From Anoxybacteroides voinovskiense (GTDB lineage Bacteria; Bacillota; Bacilli; Bacillales; Anoxybacillaceae), in NCBI RefSeq assembly GCF_014196205.1, contig NZ_JACIDE010000010.1, positions 59,470 to 99,469 on the forward strand: 40,000 bases of DNA, read 5' to 3'. The notes below the pieces were generated by a model. The model was not told where the DNA came from. It worked only from the letters and a program-made list of their open reading frames with translations, and ran no database searches. Position 1 is the stretch's first letter. Every line of letters begins with the position of its first letter. Positions 10,944 through 17,670 of the stretch are shown piece after piece. Position numbers and translations under genes: made by a program.

Positions 10944-11036
10944 TCGTCAATTTCCTCCTCTTTTCTGTTCATCATGGAGCGTGTCTTGTGCCCCTTTTAA
11001 AAATTGATACGGCACTCATTTTCCCACGTCTATCAA

Positions 11037-11212
11037 CGAAAAAACCTTTCCTTCAACTGCGAGGAAAGGTGATTGCATTCTTATCGAGCCTTTCACTCTT
11101 ATCGTTCAAGGGCGTTGCCTTGCCACAGGTTAGCACCATTTCACATGTACAATTGTTGTGACGGTTGCTGGGTTTCATCGGGCCTGTCCCTCCACCAACT
11201 CGGGATAAGAGT
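11037..11212 (-). promoter_or_regulatory. SAM-I (S-box) riboswitch with terminator, upstream of metK
   Basis: Minus strand reads CTCTTATCCCGAGTTGGTGGAGGGACAGGCCCGATGAAACCCAGCAACC...GGTGCTAACCTGTGGCAAGG...GATAAGAG. The terminator CCTTTCC...GGAAAGG plus a U-run follows. Confidence 0.9.
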
Positions 11213-11228
11213 AACCGTTCAATATGTT

Positions 11229-11258
11229 ATCATAGCTTAAATAATAAAAAAAAGTCAA
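11229..11258 (-). promoter_or_regulatory. sigma-A type promoter of the metK S-box leader
   Basis: Minus strand: TTGACT (11258..11253), 18-nt spacer, TATGAT (11234..11229). It lies just upstream of riboswitch helix P1. Confidence 0.6.
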
Positions 11259-11432
11259 CCTCGTTTCAAATTTTTTTTGCGGATTGCCGTAGAAAAAAAC
11301 GCCATGAAAAGTTTGCAACAAAATAGACAAAAATAAAAACAAAAATTACATGAAATAGTATGGACTAATTATTCGAATGTGTTATACTATTTTCAAGGGT
11401 ATAAATTAACAAAAAAAAGGTAGGTATTGTAT

Positions 11433-13019
11433 ATGAGCATTGTTGACGTCACGAATAAATTGGCGGTATTGCTACACCAATCGAATGTGCAAGAAAACTT
11501 GTCCGTTCCTCAATTAGTGGAAAAAGTTCTTGCCCGCAAAGAAGGCATGTTGACGCTGACAGGTGCCGTCGCAACAACAACCGGAAAATATACAGGACGT
11601 TCCCCAAAAGATAAGTACATTGTTGAAGAAGCTTCCACAAAAGATAAAATCGATTGGGGTTCCGTTAACCAGCCAATTGCGGAAGAAGTATTCGAGAAAT
11701 TATACAATAAAGTGCTTGACTATTTAATGGCAAAAGACGAAATTTTCGTCTTTAAAGGATTTGCTGGCGCTGATCCGAAATCTCGCTTGCCAATTCAAGT
11801 CATTAACGAGTTTGCATGGCACAACTTGTTTGCCCATCAATTATTTATTCGTCCGACAGAAGAAGAATTGGCAGAACATCAAGCACAATTTACTGTCATT
11901 TCTGCACCGAATTTTAAAGCAGATCCTGCGGTAGACGGAACGAAATCGGAAACGTTTATTATTATTTCGTTTGAACGCCGCGTTGTCTTAATCGGTGGGA
12001 CGGAATACGCAGGCGAAATTAAAAAATCGATTTTCTCGGTCATGAACTATCTCCTTCCAGAGCAAAATATTTTGTCGATGCATTGTTCGGCCAACGTCGG
12101 TCAAGAAGGCGATGTTGCACTCTTCTTTGGGCTTTCTGGCACAGGAAAAACGACGCTTTCTGCCGACCCGAAACGTCGCTTAATCGGCGATGACGAGCAC
12201 GGTTGGTCGAATAGCGGCGTGTTTAATATTGAAGGCGGCTGCTATGCGAAATGCATTAACTTGTCACGCGAAAAAGAGCCACAAATTTTTGATGCCATTC
12301 GGTTCGGGGCAGTGCTAGAAAACGTCGTTGTCGATGAGCATACGCGCATTCCGAACTATGACGATGGCACGCTCACAGAAAATACACGCGCCGCTTATCC
12401 AATTGAAGCAATCGACAACATCGTTGTTCCAAGCGTTGCTGGCCATCCAACGACCATTATTTTCTTAACGGCGGACGCATTCGGAGTATTACCACCAATC
12501 AGCAAATTAACGAGAGAGCAAGCGATGTACCACTTCTTAAGCGGCTATACGAGCAAATTGGCCGGCACAGAGCGCGGCATCACTTCGCCACAAGCGACGT
12601 TCTCGACGTGCTTCGGTGCGCCGTTCTTGCCATTGCCAGCCACACGCTATGCAGAAATGCTTGGAAGAAAAATCGATGAACACAATGTGCAAGTGTTTTT
12701 AGTGAACACCGGCTGGACGGGCGGCGAATACGGCGTCGGCAGCCGCATGAAGCTGCAATATACGCGCGCGATGGTGCAAGCAGCGCTTGAAGGCGAACTA
12801 AACAATGTCGAAACAATCAAAGACCCGATTTTCGGTTTAGAAATTCCCGCACACGTCCCAGGCGTACCGGACGAAGTGTTGCAACCGAAAAACACATGGG
12901 CTAATCAAGAAGCGTACGAACAAAAAGCAAAAGAACTCGCAGCGAAATTCCGCGAAAACTTTAAAAAATTCACAAACATCGATCCGAACATCGAAAAACT
13001 CGGCGGACCGATTGTTTAA
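11433..13019 (+). CDS. pckA: phosphoenolpyruvate carboxykinase (ATP)
   Basis: [11 protein letters not shown] kinase P-loop and a length of about 528 aa. ATG 11433 follows AAGGTAGG by 7 nt; the track start is TTG 11427. Confidence 0.95.
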   Translation: MSIVDVTNKLAVLLHQSNVQENLSVPQLVEKVLARKEGMLTLTGAVATTTGKYTGRSPKDKYIVEEASTKDKIDWGSVNQPIAEEVFEKLYNKVLDYLMAKDEIFVFKGFAGADPKSRLPIQVINEFAWHNLFAHQLFIRPTEEELAEHQAQFTVISAPNFKADPAVDGTKSETFIIISFERRVVLIGGTEYAGEIKKSIFSVMNYLLPEQNILSMHCSANVGQEGDVALFFGLSGTGKTTLSADPKRRLIGDDEHGWSNSGVFNIEGGCYAKCINLSREKEPQIFDAIRFGAVLENVVVDEHTRIPNYDDGTLTENTRAAYPIEAIDNIVVPSVAGHPTTIIFLTADAFGVLPPISKLTREQAMYHFLSGYTSKLAGTERGITSPQATFSTCFGAPFLPLPATRYAEMLGRKIDEHNVQVFLVNTGWTGGEYGVGSRMKLQYTRAMVQAALEGELNNVETIKDPIFGLEIPAHVPGVPDEVLQPKNTWANQEAYEQKAKELAAKFRENFKKFTNIDPNIEKLGGPIV

Positions 13020-13026
13020 AGAAAAA

Positions 13027-13062
13027 ACGGGATGTCTTCCAAAGGAAGATGTCCCGTTTTTT
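13027..13062. terminator. bidirectional intrinsic terminator between pckA and ytmB
   Basis: ACGGGATGTCTTCC-AAA-GGAAGATGTCCCGT forms a 14-bp stem with 2 G-U pairs. An A-run precedes it and a T-run follows. Confidence 0.8.
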
Positions 13063-13312
13063 AGTTAATCGAATGTAGCGAAATGAGTTCATACGTGACA
13101 ATCGTTCGGTTGTTTGCCAATTCAATTTTTTTCACGACCGCTTGCCCGCTCGTTTCACTTTGTAGCGTCCGCTTCACTTCAAGCGGGATATCGATCGGAT
13201 AAATGCGGTACCCTTCTTTTTCAAGCAAAAACAAATTATCTTTCACCCGCTGCTCTTTCCCTTTGGTCACAATCATCGTTTGAAACTCTAACGGCATGCC
13301 CATCATCTTCAC
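13061..13312 (-). CDS. ytmB: YtmB-like small protein (DUF2584-type)
   Basis: An ORF of about 80 aa adjacent to pckA, as in B. subtilis. The start is ambiguous among GTG 13312 and ATG 13306/13303/13297. Confidence 0.7.
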   Translation of the reverse strand: MKMMGMPLEFQTMIVTKGKEQRVKDNLFLLEKEGYRIYPIDIPLEVKRTLQSETSGQAVVKKIELANNRTIVTYELISLHSIN

Positions 13313-13460
13313 CCTTTCCCAATTCTTACCCTTTTATCGTATCATAAATCATGCGTCTGTTTCATCTCCCTCTACTCACCACGCTAACTGTTTTAGGCAT
13401 TCACACATTTTTTCCCCGAGCATACGATAAGGTAAATTCATGAAAAGGAGGTAGGAACGG

Positions 13461-13805
13461 ATGAGAAAATGGCTACGTATCGCTACGATGTCATTATTCG
13501 CCATGCTGTTAGTCATTCCGATTGCCTGCACGAAACAAGAACCAACGAAAACTGTTCGCGTGGCGGAAGTGACGCGCTCCATTTTCTATGCACCACAATA
13601 CGTTGCCCTCGCCAAAGGATTTTTTAAAGACGAAGGGCTTAACGTCGAGTTAACGACGACATGGGGCGGAGATAAAACGATGACAACCCTTCTTTCCGGA
13701 GGCGCTGACATCGCCTTAGTCGGTTCAGAAACAACGATTTACGTCTATAGCCAAGGAACGAGCGATCCGGTCATTAACTTTGCCCATGCAAGGCAAACTT
13801 TTTAA
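13461..13805 (+). pseudogene. ytlA: 5' stub (114 codons) of an NMT1/THI5-type ABC-transporter substrate-binding lipoprotein (YtlA-like), truncated by the prophage junction
   Basis: Lipoprotein signal MRKWLRIATMSLFAMLLVIPIAC. The family-typical N-terminus (VRVAEVTRSIFYAPQYVALAKGFFKDEGLNVEL) ends abruptly after ...DPVINFA. Family members are about 330 aa. Confidence 0.65.
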
Positions 13806-13873
13806 CAGGTTAGTAACAACTTGACTCGTCTACTTTTCTTAACGAGATGATACCGCAAAAACAACGAAAAAAC

Positions 13874-13893
13874 AAGGCGGATCGCTCCGCCTT
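13874..13893 (-). terminator. intrinsic terminator after the minus-strand accessory operon
   Basis: AAGGCGGA-GCGA-TCCGCCTT hairpin followed on the minus strand by GTTTTTTCGTTGTTTTT. Confidence 0.65.
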
Positions 13894-13895
13894 CT

Positions 13896-14243
13896 TTAAC
13901 CAAAATAAGCGATAAGTAAAACGATAACAAAACACACCAGTGCCACCACATCGCTCGGCTTCATCTTTTCTTCAATGCGATACGTTCCATACGTACCATC
14001 CACCTTCACCAGCTTTATTTCTCGTGGCGGTTCATCTTCATATGTGACGTCATCCAAGTCTAATAACAATTCCCCCTGTTTCCCGAAACTGTATAGGTCG
14101 ATGTCGTTCGGAAGAAATCTCCCCCTCTCGTCGCGCAGGCGGTTCGACACGTCGATTCGTGGCCGATGCGTGTTGTTGTAGTTGTGTTCCTGCAACATGC
14201 TCAGAAGCAACCGAAGTTTCTCTTCTTCGTGTGGCGTTAGCAT
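13896..14243 (-). CDS. hypothetical C-tail-anchored membrane protein, 115 aa
   Basis: ATG 14243 lies 9 nt after GAGGAGGTGAGG. The product begins MLTPHEEEKLRLLLSMLQEH and ends with the hydrophobic VVALVCFVIVLLIAYFG. No family recognised. Confidence 0.55.
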   Translation of the reverse strand: MLTPHEEEKLRLLLSMLQEHNYNNTHRPRIDVSNRLRDERGRFLPNDIDLYSFGKQGELLLDLDDVTYEDEPPREIKLVKVDGTYGTYRIEEKMKPSDVVALVCFVIVLLIAYFG

Positions 14244-14505
14244 TGACGTCCTCACCTCCTCTTCTGTTTTCTGGGCATTGTTCCAGCCATAATTCGTGGT
14301 CTGTCATCGTCCAACTAGGGCAGGGGAGAGGGACGTCTTTTTTCTGATATTGCCTCAACATCATTTGAAATTCTTTTGTGTGCGCTGCGGTGAAAAGAGC
14401 TGCTCGAATAATTTGATTGCGGTCTAAAGTTGTTGCTCGAAACACAGCATCGACATAATCGCGAAAAACAGGCGCGTATCGGACAGTCGGACGATACACG
14501 CTCAT
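14050..14505 (-). CDS. hypothetical protein, 151 codons; the last ~65 codons overlap the next gene out of frame (possible lost stop or frameshift)
   Basis: Protein-like N-terminal ~85 aa (MSVYRPTVRYAPVFRDYVDAVFRATTLDRNQIIRAALFTAAHTKEFQ...), then an R/E/S/T-rich low-complexity tail. ATGA coupling to the upstream 39-codon ORF. Confidence 0.45.
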   Translation of the reverse strand: MSVYRPTVRYAPVFRDYVDAVFRATTLDRNQIIRAALFTAAHTKEFQMMLRQYQKKDVPLPCPSWTMTDHELWLEQCPENRRGGEDVNANATRRRETSVASEHVAGTQLQQHASATNRRVEPPARREGEISSERHRPIQFRETGGIVIRLG

Positions 14506-14621
14506 TTTGCTGACGTCACCGACGCTGTTCCGTTTACAATAGCTTCAAGCATCTTTCTCCCCTCTGACGTCAAATAGACGTCTTTCATTTGTAATAGTTG
14601 TTGAGCTAATTCTTTTGTCAT
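14502..14621 (-). CDS. small hypothetical protein, 39 aa (below the track cutoff)
   Basis: ATG 14621 follows AAAGGGGAA. Product is MTKELAQQLLQMKDVYLTSEGRKMLEAIVNGTASVTSAK. Its TGA overlaps the ATG of the next gene. Confidence 0.4.
   Translation of the reverse strand: MTKELAQQLLQMKDVYLTSEGRKMLEAIVNGTASVTSAK
14566..14582. repeat. tandem GACGTC-N5-GACGTC site (copy 1), inside the 39-codon ORF
   Basis: tGACGTCaaataGACGTCttt, with hexamers 11 bp apart. It has the same architecture as 14647..14663. Confidence 0.6.
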
Positions 14622-14646
14622 TCGCCATTTCCCCTTTCAGTATTTT

Positions 14647-14663
14647 GACGTCTGGGCGACGTC
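14647..14663. repeat. tandem GACGTC-N5-GACGTC site (copy 2), in the divergent intergenic region
   Basis: tGACGTCtgggcGACGTCttt, with hexamers 11 bp apart. It lies 26 nt upstream of the 39-codon ORF start. Confidence 0.6.
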
Positions 14664-14702
14664 TTTGGTACATGTTATGAACAGTTAAACGGTGATATAC
14701 CT

Positions 14703-14728
14703 AAAAATTAAATTTTAATTTAATTTTT
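14703..14728. promoter_or_regulatory. perfect 26-bp AT palindrome (candidate operator) between divergent accessory genes
   Basis: AAAAATTAAATT-TT-AATTTAATTTTT, with 12-bp arms that are exact reverse complements. Confidence 0.5.
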
Positions 14729-14804
14729 ATTAAATTAATGTATTAGAGGAATTGAAGTAATGTTGAAGAAATAAGGTCATATTAACTTTCGGGAGGGAGA
14801 AACC

Positions 14805-15044
14805 ATTAAAGGTGTTTTTCGCAACAGAATAAAATACTGGATAAAGGATAAAGGATTGATTCAAAAACGCGTGGCCGAGAAAATGGGGGTATCGGAACAA
14901 ACTTTCCATAAATGGTGTAAGAACATTACACAGCCAAGCCTAGAGGAAGCTTATTTGCTTTCACGTATAATTGGTGTGTCATTAGAGGATCTTTGCGAAG
15001 TCGTTTATGAGGAAACAAAAAAAGAGCCTGCTCATGGGGAGTAG
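14805..15044 (+). CDS. XRE-family helix-turn-helix protein, 79 aa if initiated at ATT
   Basis: The in-frame sequence from 14805 gives a complete HTH_3-like domain (FRNRIKYWIKDKGLIQKRVAEKMGVSEQTFHKWCKNITQPSLEEAYLLSRIIGVSLEDL). GGGAGGGAG lies 5 nt upstream of ATT 14805. The track start TTG 14856 would delete helix 1. Confidence 0.65.
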   Translation: MKGVFRNRIKYWIKDKGLIQKRVAEKMGVSEQTFHKWCKNITQPSLEEAYLLSRIIGVSLEDLCEVVYEETKKEPAHGE

Positions 15045-15062
15045 GTTTTTCTTCAACAAAAT

Positions 15063-15089
15063 AAAACCCGATCACCATGATCGGGTTTT
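15063..15089. terminator. intrinsic terminator after the HTH gene
   Basis: AAAACCCGATC-ACCAT-GATCGGGTTTT forms a perfect 11-bp stem including A/T runs, so it is bidirectional. Confidence 0.75.
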
Positions 15090-15315
15090 GTATCAATGGT
15101 CAAGCATCCTAATGGACGCCCTCGTTGGAACGGAGCACTTACAGTACTCTTACTACTAAGTAGCGATTCCACGAGCCAGACAGTCGTATAAAACGCTGTA
15201 ACCATATGATACAAATTTTTAAACAAATTGCAAAGGAATTTTGTTTCTTTTTGTCGAAAAGTATCCTGTCAGGTAAAAAACGAGAGGGGGAAGTCTAATA
15301 AAACAGAATCTTTCG

Positions 15316-15750
15316 TTGAGTGTAGAAGAATATATAAATGGCAGGTTAACAGAACAAATTAACTGGTATGACAAAAAGAGCATGCAGGCAAAAAAGCGTT
15401 ACATGATTTTTCAGACTATCGAGATTATTTCCGCTTCCTTAATTCCAATAGTGAATGGCTTGGTAACTGAATCCGCACAGATCAGAATTATTATTTCAAT
15501 ACTCGGTTCGATAGTCGTAATCTGCGGTTCGTTAGCAAGATTAGGAAAGTTTCATGAAAATTGGCTTCATTATCGTCAAACGTGCGAACTTCTCAAACAT
15601 GAAAAATACTTATTTCTTACATCTACCACACCATATGAAGAACAATCATTTCAACTCTTAGTAGAAAGAGTGGAAAGTATTATTTCGTCCGAAAATGTAA
15701 ATTGGTCTCAGCTCGCGACTGAAAAAAGAGAAGAAATGATCAGTCGGTGA
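15316..15750 (+). CDS. SLATT-like 2TM protein (DUF4231-like)
   Basis: N-terminal EEYINGRLTEQINWYDKKS motif. Two hydrophobic helices (MIFQTIEIISASLIPIVNGL and IRIIISILGSIVVICGSLARL) are followed by FHENWLHYRQTCELLKHEKYLF. Only a TTG start is available, and the SD-like GAGAGGGGGAAG is 21 nt upstream, so the start is uncertain. Confidence 0.7.
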   Translation: MSVEEYINGRLTEQINWYDKKSMQAKKRYMIFQTIEIISASLIPIVNGLVTESAQIRIIISILGSIVVICGSLARLGKFHENWLHYRQTCELLKHEKYLFLTSTTPYEEQSFQLLVERVESIISSENVNWSQLATEKREEMISR

Positions 15751-15934
15751 CTGGTTCGTAGGTTTTTTCAAAAATCTCAGGTTTACAAGGATATTGTTCG
15801 CCATGAATACCTGTAATTATCCAATCGCCGGGATTTGCTTTTAAAATGCCTTCCATTGTAGGAATGGTCATCTCAACTTTGGTTTGATAAGCTTCTACAA
15901 TAACCGGTTTTTTGCGAAATTTTCTTTTTTCCAT
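15740..15934 (-). CDS. PGDYG-domain small phage-associated protein, 64 aa
   Basis: MEKRKFRKKPVIVEAYQ...ANPGDWIITGIHGEQYPCKPEIFEKTYE. ATG 15934 lies 8 nt after GGAGG. The 3' end overlaps the SLATT gene 3' end by 11 nt (convergent). Confidence 0.7.
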   Translation of the reverse strand: MEKRKFRKKPVIVEAYQTKVEMTIPTMEGILKANPGDWIITGIHGEQYPCKPEIFEKTYEPVTD

Positions 15935-15997
15935 AGGTAAAACCTCCATTTTTCCGCTTGTAATATTATTATATCATACATAAAGGAGATGTTCTTT

Positions 15998-16426
15998 ATG
16001 AAGACTTATAACATTTTTATCAGTCATGCTTGGAAGTACAGCGAACATTATCATAAAGTTGTGCAGTGGCTTAATGAAGCTCAAGATGAAGGGCAATTTA
16101 AATGGAAGAATTATTCTGTTCCTGAACATGACCCTCTAATTGATCCAAACACTACGTATGGAAAAAAGAAATTAAAAGAAGAGCTTGAGGGTCAAATAAA
16201 ACCAACCTCCATTGTCATCATACTATCTGGTATGTATGCTGCATATAGTGAATGGATTGATTTTGAAATCGACACAGCTGTCTCATGTGAAAAATATATT
16301 ATCGGCGTCAAACCTTGGGGACAGGAAAGAATACCGAAAAAAGTGTCAGACAACGCAGACGTTATGGTTGGATGGAATAAAAACCCTATTGTTAATGCTG
16401 TTCTGGAAAGCAATAAAGGAGAATAA
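15998..16426 (+). CDS. TIR-like domain protein (DUF1863 / MTH538 / ThsB-like)
   Basis: YNIFISHAW N-terminal strand, then IVIILSGMYAAYSEWIDFEIDTA with a conserved W..E(Glu90, codon 16265..16267)..A motif and YIIGVKPWG. ATG 15998 lies 8 nt after AAAGGAGA. Confidence 0.75.
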   Translation: MKTYNIFISHAWKYSEHYHKVVQWLNEAQDEGQFKWKNYSVPEHDPLIDPNTTYGKKKLKEELEGQIKPTSIVIILSGMYAAYSEWIDFEIDTAVSCEKYIIGVKPWGQERIPKKVSDNADVMVGWNKNPIVNAVLESNKGE

Positions 16427-16515
16427 ACTGTCAAATATTATCCCTTACCTTATCCCATCATTCCGATCTGTCGATTTACTATCAAGATAGACAAGGAAAC
16501 TACTAAAGTAAAGTA

Positions 16516-16549
16516 GCCCGCTCTGATTCATCACAGAGACGGGCTTTTT
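16516..16549. terminator. bidirectional terminator between the TIR-like gene and the endolysin gene
   Basis: GCCCGCTCTG-ATTCATCA-CAGAGACGGGC hairpin followed by TTTTT. Confidence 0.7.
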
Positions 16550-16563
16550 ATATTTAAAGAAAG

Positions 16564-17232
16564 TTACTTCACGCGCAATTTTTGCCCGACGCGAATTAGA
16601 TTCGGGTTGCTAATCCCATTCAATTTCTGCAACGCATCTACTGTTGTATTGTGTTTTTTGGCGATGCCAGAAAGCGTGTCTCCTTTTTGGACAACATATA
16701 CATCCCCAGCGCTCATTTTCAACTTCACACGCTTTTTAAAGTTTTCAAATGCTTGTCCATTTTTGACCCACGGCGCAGGGCAGTTTTTGTGCGTGATGTC
16801 GTAGTGCCGTACAATGTCTTTGATTGGGTCTAATTTAAACTTCTTACACAGCTCCACGAATACATCTTCTGTGCGAGCGATTGTGTCAGGATGGAATGTG
16901 CCATCTTTCTCCACGCACATTTCCACACCGATAGACAAGAAGTTTGCATTTGGCTTCAGCTCTGGAACACCCCGATACGTGCCGTCATTGGCATGGTACG
17001 CCACTTCATCAAGAGGAATGATGTTGAGTGCTTCGTTTTTATCAACGAAAATGTGCGCTGAGGCGTATCGTTGTGCCTGGATGATGGTGCGATCAAAATA
17101 CGTGACATGATTGGCTGCCGATGCGCCTGGATTTGCCGTCCAATGCAAAACGAGTTTTTTCACGTCTTTCAGTTTTAACCCCGGACGCGAATACTTGTTT
17201 ACTCGGATAAACTTTTCTGTCCATACACTCAT
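16564..17232 (-). CDS. endolysin: N-acetylmuramoyl-L-alanine amidase (Amidase_2/PGRP) with C-terminal LysM
   Basis: [13 protein letters not shown]...AYHAND amidase motifs. The C-terminal [29 protein letters not shown] is LysM. ATGA overlap with the holin gene. Confidence 0.9.
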   Translation of the reverse strand: MSVWTEKFIRVNKYSRPGLKLKDVKKLVLHWTANPGASAANHVTYFDRTIIQAQRYASAHIFVDKNEALNIIPLDEVAYHANDGTYRGVPELKPNANFLSIGVEMCVEKDGTFHPDTIARTEDVFVELCKKFKLDPIKDIVRHYDITHKNCPAPWVKNGQAFENFKKRVKLKMSAGDVYVVQKGDTLSGIAKKHNTTVDALQKLNGISNPNLIRVGQKLRVK

Positions 17233-17435
17233 TGTTTGTCATCTCCATATCCTTTATTTTCTGTTGTCGGGTCGTTGATAATCCCCAACGTAACAAAGAA
17301 CGTTAAAACAGCATTGACGATGGTGTTATATTTTCCTGCATCTATCTGAACGCCGAATGTCTGCAAGACTAGAAGAATAAAAGATGCCAAGCTAATCCAA
17401 AGACCGTAATTTCGTAAACGTTTTTTTAGATTCAT
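17229..17435 (-). CDS. holin (phiLC3 / Phage_holin_1-like), 68 aa
   Basis: [25 protein letters not shown]...[15 protein letters not shown] 17435 follows AAAGGGGGTGG. Confidence 0.8.
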   Translation of the reverse strand: MNLKKRLRNYGLWISLASFILLVLQTFGVQIDAGKYNTIVNAVLTFFVTLGIINDPTTENKGYGDDKQ

Positions 17436-17653
17436 ATGTTGCCACCCCCTTTCATCGCCGCGAAAAGAATGGCCACGATGCCGCCGACCACCGAAACGAT
17501 GATTGCGTTTGTGATCGTACGTCGTAGCCATTTTGTGTCATCCTTAATTGCTCGGATATCTTCACGCATATCTTTGATGTTTGACTCCGCGACCGCCAAG
17601 CGTGTTTTTACATCCACCATGTCTGCCTCCAGTTTCTGAATGCGTTCTTCCAT
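17432..17653 (-). CDS. XhlA-like lysis-associated membrane protein
   Basis: Coiled-coil N-terminus (MEERIQKLEADMVDVKTRLAVAESNIKDMREDI) plus a C-terminal TM. It occupies the position before the holin, as in PBSX. Confidence 0.7.
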   Translation of the reverse strand: MEERIQKLEADMVDVKTRLAVAESNIKDMREDIRAIKDDTKWLRRTITNAIIVSVVGGIVAILFAAMKGGGNI

Positions 17654-17670
17654 CGACTCACGACCTTTCC

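Noticed and set aside
11361-11388. Possible pckA promoter (TGGACT, 16 nt, TGtTATACT extended -10)
   Set aside because: It is plausible but the -35 is weak, and an alternative (TTGCAA...TAAAAA with a 15-nt spacer) exists. It is not supported well enough to list as a feature.
13806-14700. Search for an integrase or excisionase at this prophage end
   Set aside because: None of the three minus-strand ORFs shows tyrosine- or serine-recombinase motifs or the appropriate length. The integrase is presumably at the other end, outside the window, so the att core cannot be defined here.
14690-14760. AT-rich repetitive tract considered as a CRISPR fragment or att core
   Set aside because: It is a single palindrome with no spacer-repeat periodicity. 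It lies about 900 bp inside the element rather than at the host junction.
14856-15044. TTG 14856 as the start of the XRE gene (as in the ORF track)
   Set aside because: It would truncate helix 1 of the HTH domain that is encoded in frame upstream. A strong SD precedes ATT 14805 instead.
15054-15206. 50-codon minus-strand ORF (MVTAFYTTVWLVESLL...) in the intergenic gap
   Set aside because: It has no SD and runs straight through the HTH-gene terminator hairpin. The product looks non-protein-like.
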